Source: Podarcis bocagei
Taxonomy: Eukaryota
Length of the DNA stretch: 64,000 bases
Strand: one strand, 5' to 3'
Assembly: GCA_964188305.1 (NCBI GenBank)
Contig: OZ076889.1
The notes under the pieces: generated by a model
Seen by the model: the letters and a program-made list of their open reading frames with translations, nothing else
Told to the model about the DNA's origin: nothing
The model's database searches: none
Program-made: the position numbers and the translations under genes
Shown here: positions 48,481 through 59,941 of the stretch, piece after piece
Position numbering within the stretch: the stretch's first letter is position 1
How the letters are laid out: every line of letters begins with the position of its first letter

Positions 48481-49477
48481 CCCAAACTTAGAGGGAGCCA
48501 ATGAACTCATGACAATGGGGACACGTGCCCAGCACACAGCCTACATTGCAACACACAGCAGCATAGCACTGACAGTTCTTCTGTCCCAGCAGCATATCCA
48601 GGTAAGAGCCCATTTCTGCCTATCCTAGATGTTCCTACAGGTAAAGGGCATCCTCTTGCTCTGGCAAAGACAACTGCTTCAAGAGGATGTATCAAGTGGT
48701 GTCAAATGCTAATTGATAAAAAAGCCACTGTTCAATGCCCAATGTTGGGAAGTAGGGTTGCCACTGATTCCAGAATATAAAATTTCCTAACTGCCCCACT
48801 GCTCCAGGGAAACATGCCTAGGCTCGTGGTGTGCAAGCTGATTTCTGCATGCACGTCCATCACTTACACTTTTGAAACCACAGGAAAATATTTTCCTGCC
48901 AAGTTGTTTCTAATGTGGAACATATTGTGGTCATGTTATTAGGTTTAAAATGCCAAGAACAGGGATTTATTTAATTTCTGATTGATTCTACAGAAATTGT
49001 CAGAAGAGTTCTGCACTAACAGCAGCCTCGTCCCTGGGATTGGTGAAAGAAGTGACGCCACTGTGGTGTTGGTATAAGCACAAGATGTCTCCCTGCTCCA
49101 TGGGAACTGGCCAAAGCTCCTCTAATCTTGTTGATTTCCTCCCTTTCCAGTACGTTGGCATTTTTGTTACTTTGGCACAAAAAGCATAGACTCCCTACAT
49201 GTCAAGTGGGGAAAGGGAAGGTACTTGCTTCCAGACCCAGGGCTGTCTCTTTAAGGACTTCACTTCTCAGCCAGCGGAGTGGGTATGGAGCTGGACCTCA
49301 AAGGATATAGAAGGCATAAATCAGAGCTAGGACTCAATCAGGCACAGTGATCTGTCCATGGTCCTGCAAAGCTTTGTGCTTCTATTCCTGGGCAAAAGGG
49401 TGAGATGGGAAGGAATGGTGGTAACCTGTAAGGCACAGTGTGCTTTTTTTAACCTAATGACAGCCTGACACACTCTT

Positions 49478-49581
49478 GTTTGTGACTACAATTCCCATCA
49501 TCCCTAGCTAACAGGCCCAGTGGTCAGGGATGATGGGAATTGTAGTCACAAAACCTGAAGGGCCGGAGTTTGCCTATGCCT
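49478..49581. mobile_element. Palindromic hAT-like MITE lacking its left terminus
   Basis: Perfect 27-bp arms at 49479-49505 and 49526-49552. Right end gaagggccggagtttgcctatgcc is present; its left counterpart is absent. Confidence 0.8.
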
Positions 49582-51149
49582 TCCCTAAACCATTGCTCTC
49601 TCAATTCATCACTCCATCTGCAGGTGATGAATTGGGAGGGGGGAGGGTTGGCCTTTTTTTTTTTCATTTGAATTTGGGTCCTAAAATACCTCCCAAACAG
49701 TTTTTTTGGGGGGGCTTGCAATTGTAGTGCGGCAGTTCTTATCCTTCCTGCTCTTTTCTTTCCTGCTCTTCTTTAACTTTGCCTAAAATTGCCTCCTTTG
49801 TTGGCTGCTGCCATAGCACATGGGTGGCCGTCAGAACATTGTTGCTACACTATCAAAGCTGCTAACTTTTAAAATCTTACCGAAAAGAAGAAAACAGTTC
49901 AAAAGAGGCAGGAGGAACATCCCACTACAACTGTAAGCTCCTCCCCATAATCATTAACTCCCTCCGTTTTGGTCTATCTTAAGAGTTTTGGTCACAATGA
50001 CACCCCAAATTTGAATGAACCCCTCAACCTCACGCCACACATATACATGCAAAACCAATCCTACTCTGGACTTGTATTGGTTGTTGCTATCACCCTGACG
50101 TTGGGGTGGATCCCTCATCCCGCCCCCCACTTCCCTGGCTGTCCATAATCTCTGCTGCCTTGGTACAGGGTAATTATCAAGGTATTATCCTTGCTTTATG
50201 TTGATAGCGGAGTACAATGCTTTGGCAGCCCCCAAAAAAGCAGAGCAGCACCACTAATAATTAGTCAGAAATGAGAGATAATTTGATAAAGACTTACTTT
50301 GGAATCTTCCCAATTACACCGGCTCCCTTTTAATGTTTCATGTTTTTGTTGCTGCTTCTAGAGATTAGCCAATTAGTTAACCATGGTATTTGGGGTATCT
50401 ATGCCTAATCCATTCATCATACCAATGATTTCTGCCTTAATGATAACAGTGTTACAGGCTGGCACTTTCTTTAGTTTTGGGGCTGAGCTCTGCACCCTTA
50501 ACAGCAGACAGCATTGGCTGATGGAGGATCATTCCAAATGTGCAAACAGTGAGCATAACTGCAGTTCTAAATGCAGAGACTGTGCCTGGCTGGGTTGCTA
50601 GTCCTTGCTCTGCTAATTTAATTCGTTCCATTTACCAGGCTCCTTTGGCTCAGGCAGAACTAAGCGGAACCTTTTCCCCATAATACAGTTCTGAGCTGCT
50701 CTTTATGACTTAATTACAATCTTTTTTAAAAAGGAAAAAAAACCCCTACTTTCTTTGGGTGGTGGAAATAAGCCCAAAGTATGAGGCAATCTGGGCTCTG
50801 GGAAATCCAATTATAATCTTATCGATGATAAACTCCACCTCCCATCATCTTTGACCACTGGCCATGCTTGCTAGGGCTGATGGGAGCTGGAGTCTCACAA
50901 CATCTGGAGGACCACAGGTCCTCTACCCCCAGTCAACTTTATACCTGACTGAGCATTAATTCACTGGGGCCAAGTATTAATGCATAGATGTCACAGAAAT
51001 AAGCCCATTTGCTTTAAAACAACAAGGTGATAGACCTGTGCTGGTAACATTGCTAGAGTTACTACAATTTTCAGAAACACACACAAAATATACTCTCAAA
51101 ATATACAGTTTTTTGGGTGCAATGCAATATTGAATACATCCAACAGCAA

Positions 51150-51326
51150 GCTACTAGCCGCAATTGCTCTGCTCTGCTTCTACAACTGAAGGAAGTATAC
51201 TTCTGAATACCAGTTGCTGAGAACTGCAAGGGGGGGGAGGGCTCGCTCTTGTGTTCAGATCCTGCTTGCGGGTTTCACACAGGCATCTTGTGAGAACATG
51301 ATGCTGGACTGGGTGAGCCATTGGCT
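51150..51326 (+). mobile_element. CR1 3' UTR fragment
   Basis: ctactagcc...ctgaataccagttgc...tcctgcttgcgggttt...atgctggact; homologous to 51700-51900. Confidence 0.65.
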
Positions 51327-51469
51327 TGTGTTTTACTCTAGAGAATTTACCCCATCTCTGAAACTCATCATCTCTAAAATATGAAACTTCAAATTTCCAG
51401 CAAGGCTTCCCAGAGAAGTCTGGAAGAAAGGCTCAGTTTTATACGAGAAGCAGAATTTCCACTATGCAC

Positions 51470-51910
51470 CATTAGGAGCAAGTAGGCAGAGAGAAGTTTT
51501 TCTCCCTCTCTCCTAATACTCAGTGGTGTCCATTGAAGCTGAACGTTGAAAAGATTCAGGATAGAGAAAAGGAAGTACTTACTCATGCAGCGCACAGTTA
51601 AACAATGGCATTTGCTCCCACAAGGAGGAGTGGCGGCCACCAGCATAGATGTCTTTAACATAGAGTCTGAGAAATTAATGGAGGATAAGACTAGCAGTGG
51701 CTACTAGCCATGATAGTTATGTTCTGCCTCCACTGTCAGATGCAGTATGCATCAGAATACCAGTTGCAGGGAATGGTAAGTAGGGGGAGTTCTGTTACAT
51801 TTGTGTCCTGCTTGCAGGTTTCCTAAAGGCACCTGGTTGGTCACTGGAACAACAGAATGCTAGACTAGATGGGACTCTGGACTGACCCACCAGAACTGAG
51901 GTTCTTATGA
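51470..51910 (+). mobile_element. CR1 LINE 3' fragment (ORF2 end and long 3' UTR)
   Basis: agagagaagtttttctccctctc...agattcaggatagagaaaaggaagtactt...aaacaatggcatttgctcccacaag (RFRxxKRKYxxxQRxVKxWxxLP-like), ending gactagatggg...gttcttatg. Confidence 0.8.
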
Positions 51911-52091
51911 GGGCTGTGTGTGCTCAGCATCCTACCCAGGTAGCTGTGTGGATACTGTGCCATGTGGTCTCTCCTTCCTTCCCTTTTTGTGTGCTGCCCT
52001 CCAAACCTATGCCAGGGAGGAGCATAAGGGGATTTGAACCCATTCCTGTATCCCTGCCTGGAGACTGGCAGTTGAGGGTCATTGCTGCCTG

Positions 52092-52350
52092 CAGAGGCGG
52101 AGCTAGGTGCTCTGGCACCCAGAGCGGCATGCACCCGGGGGGCAGGGCTAGCTGCTCGCGGGGGTGGGGCAAGTGTCCCAGGGGTGGGGCAAATGTCACA
52201 GGGGGTGGGGCAAGCACCCCGGGGGCGTGGGGGGTGTGCCTGCCCACCGCGAGCCTCCCGGGGGTGCACAGCCCACCACGAGCACAGCAATGTCACCCCC
52301 CCTCAGGGATGGCGCCTGGGGCAGACCACACCTGCCTTGCTCCGCCTCTG
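52092..52350. mobile_element. hAT MITE, G-rich, with perfect 8-bp TSD
   Basis: 16-bp TIRs CAGAGGCGGAGCTAGG / CCTTGCTCCGCCTCTG (1 mismatch). TSD GCTGCCTG at 52084-52091 and 52351-52358. Confidence 0.93.
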
Positions 52351-54144
52351 GCTGCCTGAGCTGTTGGGACTGGTGAATTGGGGATGCTTTGGCATCATTG
52401 TACATGTTGTGATGTACCCCATCATTGTGAGTTTATTGGTCCTCTCTCTCTGTGGGTTGTATGCAGGCATCATCACTAGCAAAGTTCCTAATTGGTGGGT
52501 TTTGGCAGTATTTGCAGGGATGGGGGCACCTGTTGTTTTCACACCATTTTTGGATGGTGTGTATGTGTGTGTGTGCGTGTTTTGCATGTTTTCTCCAGCT
52601 GAGCCCAGCAGCTGTTCTGCCAATGTAGCAGCAGTGCGTCTCTCCCCACCCAGCATAATTGGTGTATAGAATTTTTCTCTTTAAGTGATTTTTCTTTTCT
52701 CTATGTCTGCAGCTTGCACATAATTATAAATCTTACATCAACTCAAGTGCCCATTAGATTTAAATAGAGGAAACGCTTTTCTAGTCCGCATTAACAACAC
52801 ACACAGTGGTACACAAATAATATACGAGAAGACACACTCTTATTCTTGCCAGCAGGGGAACAGTCAATGGTAATAACAGCTACAGTTGGATCAGAGTCTA
52901 GGCACATTGGCCTAGGGAGCTTTCAGACTGTTGCTATTTTTGAGTGGGAATCAAACACATACTGGCAAACTCAGGTTGCATGATCACAGCAAATTGGGGG
53001 TTGGTTTGCACAACAAACCCATTTCTCTTCCCCAAATATTGGACTATATGCAAATAATGAAGTGATAGGGAAATATACTGGAAAGTGTATTTAAACTCCC
53101 TGAAAACAAATCAGAACAAATGCTTGTTAGATAGCCAACCACTGTCTAACCTTCCTGTGAACAAATCAGAATGAATGCTCAACAAACATGTCACCTTAGA
53201 AACAAATTTTGCTGAGTCCGATGGGGCTTCCCTTGAGTAATTTTGCATAATAGGGTTAAGCTGCGCAAGGCCTTTTCAGCATCAAAGTTTTGCTTCGCTA
53301 GGTAGATAATACATGCCCACTTAAAGACTATATCATGGGTGCGCAGATCAGGAACTACTGACAGATTTCTGGGTGGTTTGCAGTAGATTGGCAAAAGGTT
53401 CTGACCTTCAAGTGTTTAACTACAGCCAGAACAAAACTATTCATTCCACCTAAATTTGGCTGCCGAATCAGGTGAGGGGTGGAGTGGGGTTGTGTGAAAG
53501 CCAGACAGCTCAGTTCTTTTCTGGTTCTGGAAACGAATCCCTAGGTTCAGAATGTGCCCAGAGGCACCTTGTTCTTTTAATGCTAACTGTCTGTCTTTTG
53601 CACCTGACTCTAGATGTCAAATCTTGGGGTTCTATTGGAAGAACAAAGTAGATCTCACAAGCCTGAAGTCTGCCCACCCTTTCCCTATATCCAACTCCTA
53701 GGCTCGAAAACAACAGAGACTGGTGAATTGGCCAAGGGCGCTCTGCACACAAGATTGATACTGCCTCCAAACTGTCATTATTGTGGGGGAGGGATTCAAG
53801 TGCACATTGCTACTTTAAGTTTGCACAGTTGAAGTGCATTAAAGGGGTTTCATAGTGCAACAAATCTTCTTTAAAAACGAACCGGTTATTACTATTATTT
53901 TGCAGTTTGGGAAATGCATTGAAAAGCATGGGATGAATGAATGACTAACTAACAGGAAGACGTGGGAACACCCTGCAAGCAAATCAGGATGGATGCTCAT
54001 TGTCCTATAACTGCCCCACAAATAAATCAGAACAAACTCTCAAGAAAGACCAGAAAGAATCGAACGTCCCCATGATTTTTGTACAAGCAAATGACTGACT
54101 GTTCAATAAACAGCTCGTCCAGAGGGACCCCGTGTCATAGATGC

Positions 54145-54333
54145 AGAGGAAGCAGCCTTATAACCGAGTCAGACTATTGATCCATCTAGTACAGCCTTGT
54201 CTACACGGCTTGGTTAACGGATCTCTAGGATTTCGGACTGAAGACTTTTCCAACTCCCCACCCAGATGGACCAGGGATTGAAACTGGGACCTCTAGGCAT
54301 GCAACCTACTTAGACTTTGCTTTCACGTGCCAT
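54145..54333 (-). mobile_element. tRNA-derived squamate SINE (Squam3-like)
   Basis: ggaagcagccttataaccgagtcagactattgatccatctagt...cagggattgaaactgggacct. Confidence 0.7.
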
Positions 54334-54559
54334 CCTGGGAGCTGTGGGTGGAGAGCTGGGATGCCCCATTCTCAGAACCTCCAGCTGGGGGCCGGCAAAG
54401 CAGGATGTTCTCCACGTCGAAGGTGCTTCCTCTGAGACGCCGAAAGGTGCCGTTGTGTGACCCACAAGCTGTGGATGATGATTTGGGGCGGGGGGAGGAC
54501 GACCCTCCTTCCCTCTCTTTCTCACGACCTCAACTTCCTCCTCTGAATCTGAAAGGCGG

Positions 54560-57113
54560 GAAATTTATACTGGTTGGGTTTTTGGGATGGCCTCGCTCGC
54601 CCCCTCTCTCATGCCAGCTCCTTTACACTCGGACCCCAAAGAGGACTCTCCGCATCAGCTCGCCCCTCGCTTCCGAGGGCAGCTTGTTCCCCGTCTCGTG
54701 TTGTCCCCCTCCGGAGGAGGAGGAAGCCGCGCCGAAGAGCTCAGGCAGCCCCGCCCCGTCCACACCCCCTCCGGCGCCGGAGCTGCCAAAGCGCGCCGGC
54801 GCCGACGGGGTTAATCTCTCCCCGCGCAGCTCCTGGGAGGCGAGGGAGACGAGCCCAGCCGAGCCGGGCTGGGAATTGAAGCGCCCAGTATCCGGGCAAC
54901 AGGCGGCGGGAAGCCACTGGCTGCGGAGCCGCCGGAGCCGTCCTGTTCGCGCTGCCCTCCGCAGAGCGCCCCCTCTGGACAAAGGGGCGAAATGCTCCCG
55001 CCTCCGTCGGCTGCCTCGAGCCGAAGGCCAGGAGGAGGCTGTGCGCTCCGGCTCTTCCTTGGAGCCTCGACGCCGCAGGGCATCGCGCAACAGAGAGCCT
55101 GGCGCGGGGAGCGCAACTCGGGCGGCAGCTGTCCATGGCTCCTCTCCGCCCGCCCCCAACTTCTGGGCGGCCCCCCAGTTGCCCCTGGTGACCAGCCCCC
55201 CCTCTCCCTGCAGGCTGCCCCTCCCAGCCCTGTCGGAGGGGAGGGGTGGCAAGAAAGAGGCCAAGTCGCCCAGGCGGTGCGCGGTGCTTCCTCCCTCCCT
55301 TCTTCCCTCCCTCCCTCTCGCCCTCCCACCATCCGACCATGAGGCAGCTCGGAGCGGGCTCGGCTTCCTCCAGTTCTTTCGCAGGCGCACCTGAAGGCCG
55401 GCAAGACCCTTCGCCGTCTCTCCCGGCAGGAGCTGTGAGGAAAGCGCAGTCCCAGCTGGACCCGACGACGGCCACCTCCGACGGAAAGCGCGTCTTGCCG
55501 GGAGCTTGAAGAGGCTTCGCCTTATCAGCCTTGCTTGGACCTCGCCGCGCCCCCCTCTCTCCTGAGGGGAACCAGCTCAGTCAAGCAGAAGCAGCGGTGG
55601 GTGGTGCGCGTGGTTCGCTCGGCTTTCCTCGCCCGGAGGCTCACGTCTAGGAAATAAGCGGCGGCGGCGGCTCCTTCCTCGAGCGCGGGAGACGTCCATG
55701 GTTTGCTTGTTTGTTTCTTGATCGCGCGTTGACCTGCCTGGGAGCCAAGGCGAAGCGCGGCAATCCAAGAAGGCAGGAACGGCGAGACCCCGGGAGTGAG
55801 TTGTTTGCAGATCTGTGTCAGAGAGAGAGAACCAGCGTGGGAATCCAACACTGGAGCTCTTTCAAAGTTTAAAGTCAAGTCAAGCCCTCTCTCCTCTCCA
55901 CTTTGGGAAGACTCAGCAACCTGCTGAGGACCAGAAGAGAGAAAAGAGGAGAGGAGATGATTTCTTCCTCCTCCTGTTCCTGCTGCTGCAATATCCGTCT
56001 GATTTGTTCCTAACACGGTGTTTTTCTTTACCAGACTCCTGTGCCCTCGATAAACACGCGCGCACCAGTTCCGTTGCCATCTGCTTCCAGTTCTGCCTCC
56101 AGGCAGGGGGGCCCGAATCCTGTAGCTCTCCGGCTCGCCAGCCAGGCCCCTTTCCTTCCGTGTCTGGTCTTCGGCTCCCCCTCCGTCGAGGCACTTGTTG
56201 CTGCTCGGTGGCTGAGGAGCAGAACACTTCCCGCTGGCCTCCTCCACGGCCACGCACGCACACACAGAGAGACACGCGCGCACACAAAGACGCTCTCCCT
56301 CTCTCTCGAGAAGGACTGTGCCTGCTCCGAGCTGAATGCCAGTCCCGGCCAACCTCTGAGACCCACCGCTCCTGCCTGGGAGAGAGCGAGAGCGCGCGTC
56401 CTAGCCCAGCCGCCCAGCGCAGCTCCTTGCCGGACGGGAAGGGTCATCCGAGGGCACCTGCGGGCCACCTAACCTGATCTATGATCAGCTCGGTGTGTGT
56501 CTCCTCTTACCGCGGGCGCAAATCCGGGAACAAGCCACCGTCCAAAACATGCCTGAAGGAAGAGATGGCCAAAGGCGAAGAGTCGGACAAGATCACTATC
56601 AACGTGGGGGGCACCCGGCATGAGACGTACAAGAGCACCCTGCGCACCCTGCCAGGCACCCGCCTGGCCTGGCTGGCTGACCCGGACGCCCAGAGCAACT
56701 TCGACTTCGACGGGCAGAGCAAGGAGTTCTTCTTCGACCGCCACCCAGGCATCTTCTCCTACGTGCTGAACTACTACCGGACGGGCAAGCTGCATTGCCC
56801 TGCCGACATTTGCGGCCCCCTCTTCGAAGAGGAGCTCACCTACTGGGGCATCGACGAGACCGACGTGGAGCCCTGCTGCTGGATGACCTATCGGCAGCAC
56901 CGCGATGCCGAGGAAGCCTTGGATATCTTCGAGAGCCCGGAGCCCGGGGCTGGCGAGGAGAACGAGGAGGAAGGAGCCCAGGAAATGTCTCTGCAGCGCC
57001 TGGGCATGGACGACAGGCCACCGGGAGCCACGGGAGCAGGAGGCTGTTGCCGCAGCTGGCAGCCCCGGATGTGGGCACTCTTTGAGGATCCCTATTCATC
57101 CCGGGCAGCCAGG
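54560..57113 (+). promoter_or_regulatory. KCNC4: CpG island: KCNC4 promoter, 5' UTR and exon 1
   Basis: About 2.5 kb of GC- and CpG-rich sequence with GC boxes (e.g. CCGCCCGCCCCC near 55146) running into the KCNC4 CDS. Confidence 0.88.
56481..57113 (+). CDS. KCNC4: KCNC4 (Kv3.4) coding exon 1: N-terminal inactivation domain and T1/BTB domain. The gene continues beyond the window.
   Basis: [29 protein letters not shown] is the Kv3.4 inactivation peptide. T1 motifs [11 protein letters not shown] and EFFFDRHP, and the Zn site H-X5-C-X20-CC, are present. Ends [14 protein letters not shown] at donor AGG|GTGAGT (633 nt, phase 0). In-frame TGA at 56475 precedes the ATG. Confidence 0.97.
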
Positions 57114-59460
57114 GTGAGTTGATGGGCATTTGGTGGGGGCACCTATGGGAGCGGGGGGGGGGCTCCCCTCACACTGGCCAGATCCTCATGGGCCCCCAAT
57201 CACTCAGTTACCCTTCCTGCGCCACCCCATTGTTACGTCTTTTGTTTCTCTCCAGAGACAACAGTTGCTTCACATTTCATTTTTAACATTTGTTTCAAAA
57301 TGTTGTTACTAAATTATTTCCATGAGTTACATTCAGTTTGAGACATTTTTGTTATGGGCAGTATGGGATTGCATCCACTCTTGAAGGCTTTTGAGTCGAG
57401 TTTCTTTCTTTTCTTTGTGATGACCCTCCTGTTCATTCGCTGCTATTTTCTCTTCCTCTTTCCCTTCATGTGACCTTCTCTCCTTGCTCTCCCTTGCTGG
57501 CACAAACGTGAGAGGGCAGCGTCTCGGTTCTTATTTTCTCTCTCTGTGTGTGTTTCTTTTCTTTTTATACACACACATAGAGGAGTAAAACAGCACCCCT
57601 GAATTTGTATGGATGTGGCTTGCCCCCACCCCAGACAACGATCATCCCAGCACAACTCTCAGTAGGCAAACACAAGGCCTTCAGATTCCCAAGGCAGCCT
57701 TGGAGCAGTCTGCCCGAGCATTACGCATGCTGTCCCCTCTTCCACTCATGGAATTCAAGATCTAAAATATTTTTAGAAAAGCCCAGTAATAATTACCTCT
57801 ATGAGTGGGGATCACATAACAAAAACTACCATAGAGAGATCAAAATTTTCATAAGTCGTGGGTCCATGACTTTTGAAAAACAGGGGTCTGTAGTACTTAG
57901 CTGATTAGGGACCACGGACCTATATATTTCCCTCCTATGCTTCTTCCAGGTTCACCACTGGCTTACATGTGTCCTTTCACACCTCTCTCTTGTGTCTATG
58001 CTTACATGCGTGTGCACAGAAATTCATGTCTTAAGCAGCCAAAGAAAGAAGAAGCTGTGGGTGGGAGTTTGCCCTTGACGACCCAAGGAGGGTACATTGC
58101 CCCAACCTTTCTTTCTATTTATTGTCCTCTTTGATCCACTATTCAAAAACAAGCCATCCTTTTGTTTAAGGAAGCTGTGATGCAACCCCCTGGTTTCACC
58201 CATGATAGAAGTAAATTTTATTTTCATCTTTTAGAATTCTAACTTGCAAGCAGATTAGTGATACCTGCCATTCCTACCTGTTTGCAAGTTCTGGAACAAG
58301 AAATACAGCCTGACAGAAAGCCACCTGCTACTTGCCTGCTTTTTCGCTTTGAGAGATACTTTTTCATGCCTACTGATGGAGACACACCCACTTCATTCCC
58401 ATTCAAACCCACACAAATTAATAGAGGCAATCTCCACATGCTTTTGCTTTTTAATGTACGCATAAATCAAATGCATTATTCACATCCAGCCATACGCTCT
58501 TGCTTTTATACTCAAGAAGTAGTGGTTCATATCTCTGGTTCCTTAGTCACACCTATCACGTAAATGCTGGCACATATACTCTTAGCTCTCTCTGTCTCAC
58601 ATGCAGAAGCATTGCTGGCATTTAAAGGTGTAAAAAATGCAAGGGAACACTCTGAGCTCAGCCTAGATCCTGGCAGAGTTCACATTAAAATGTGTGCGTT
58701 GGTGGGTGGTTGGACTCTCTATAACCATCATAAGCAGCAAATACTCTTTATGCCCACCAAAACTAACAGGTTTTGGTGGGCATAAACATTCATGGACTGG
58801 GGTCCACTTCATCAGCTGCATGAAACATTATCCTCCATTGCAGGTATGGTATAGGTGTATGCACATACATCCAACATGTTTTCTTCCAGCCAAACAGCCA
58901 AATCCCGAAACCAGACATTCCCAAGATGGCATTACCGGTCCCTTCTGTAGTCTCAAAGGTCTTAGATTTCCAAAGCTGCTCTCAATTTATGAGAGGGTCC
59001 AAAATAGACTTGCTGAAAACAGCCTCCAGGGATTTTCCCACACTGCCTTTGCCTGTCTCTCGTCTTCTCCTGGAAAATGCTTTCCCCAGCCGTTGACCTC
59101 GGTGATGCCTGATGATATGATTATCAGAGCTAGAAATGAAAAAATCTGCCCCAATGTAGTGATAAGTACATCTGTCCCTACCTTCTCCCTGCAAACCATT
59201 TAAGAATATGATCAGCCCAGGTCATTGCACGAAAAAATCTCAGTACCTGTTTTGTTTTTGTTTTTGCAAAGGTTTCTGTTTCTTGGAGAAAGCAAAGCTT
59301 AAGGGGCTCTCACTGTCAATGGCAGATGGAGAACCTGGCAGGAAATGTGACTGTCCTCTCCCAGGGACCAAGGCACAGGGCCATAGAAGAATGGCTTCGA
59401 AAAGCATCTAAATTAAAAGGGAGAGGATATGTATTAAGATTTGGCGGGCATTAGCTAGAT

Positions 59461-59941
59461 CAGTGTTTCCCAACCACTGTTCCGTGGCACACTAGTGTGC
59501 CGCGAGATGTTGCCTGGTGTGCCGCGAGATGTTGCCTGGAGGGAGGCGGGTGAGTCGGGCGGCGAGAGGCGGAGCGGCGGCGGCGAGGAGAGGCCGCCCA
59601 GCGCGGGGCTCTCGCCGTCTGCCTGGCTGGCTGCCTGCGAGCTCAGCGGGCAGCGCCTCCGTCCGCAGCGCCCGCCTCGCGGCTCTCATTCCCTGCCCCT
59701 GCCAAAGCTCACCCTGCCAAAGCTCTCCTTCCTGCCTCACTTTGCTGCCTCCTCCCCCCCACCCCCAAAGCTTGGAGGTTCCCTGGCAAGGGGGAGGGAA
59801 AAAAATTGAAACTTACACTTTCGTGCGTCCCTCCCGGCGTGACGCTGCGCGCTGACATCACGGGGCTGTAATGGTGGTGTGCCTCGAGATTTTTTTCATC
59901 AAACAAGTGTGCCTTTGCCCAAAAAAGGTTGGGAAACACTG
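59461..59941. mobile_element. Young hAT-Charlie-type non-autonomous element in KCNC4 intron 1
   Basis: Perfect 15-bp TIRs CAGTGTTTCCCAACC / GGTTGGGAAACACTG and perfect 8-bp TSD AGCTAGAT (59453-59460, 59942-59949). CpG-rich interior. Confidence 0.96.

Noticed and set aside
55122-55142. RE1 right half-site CCATGGACAGC (minus strand) in the KCNC4 promoter
   Set aside because: The left half does not match TTCAGCA; too weak to call.
54327-55394. 355-aa ORF and overlapping 200-275-aa ORFs on both strands upstream of KCNC4
   Set aside because: Pro/Arg/Ala/Gly-rich, no recognisable domain, often non-ATG starts, and open in several frames at once. This is expected from stop-codon depletion in a CpG island.
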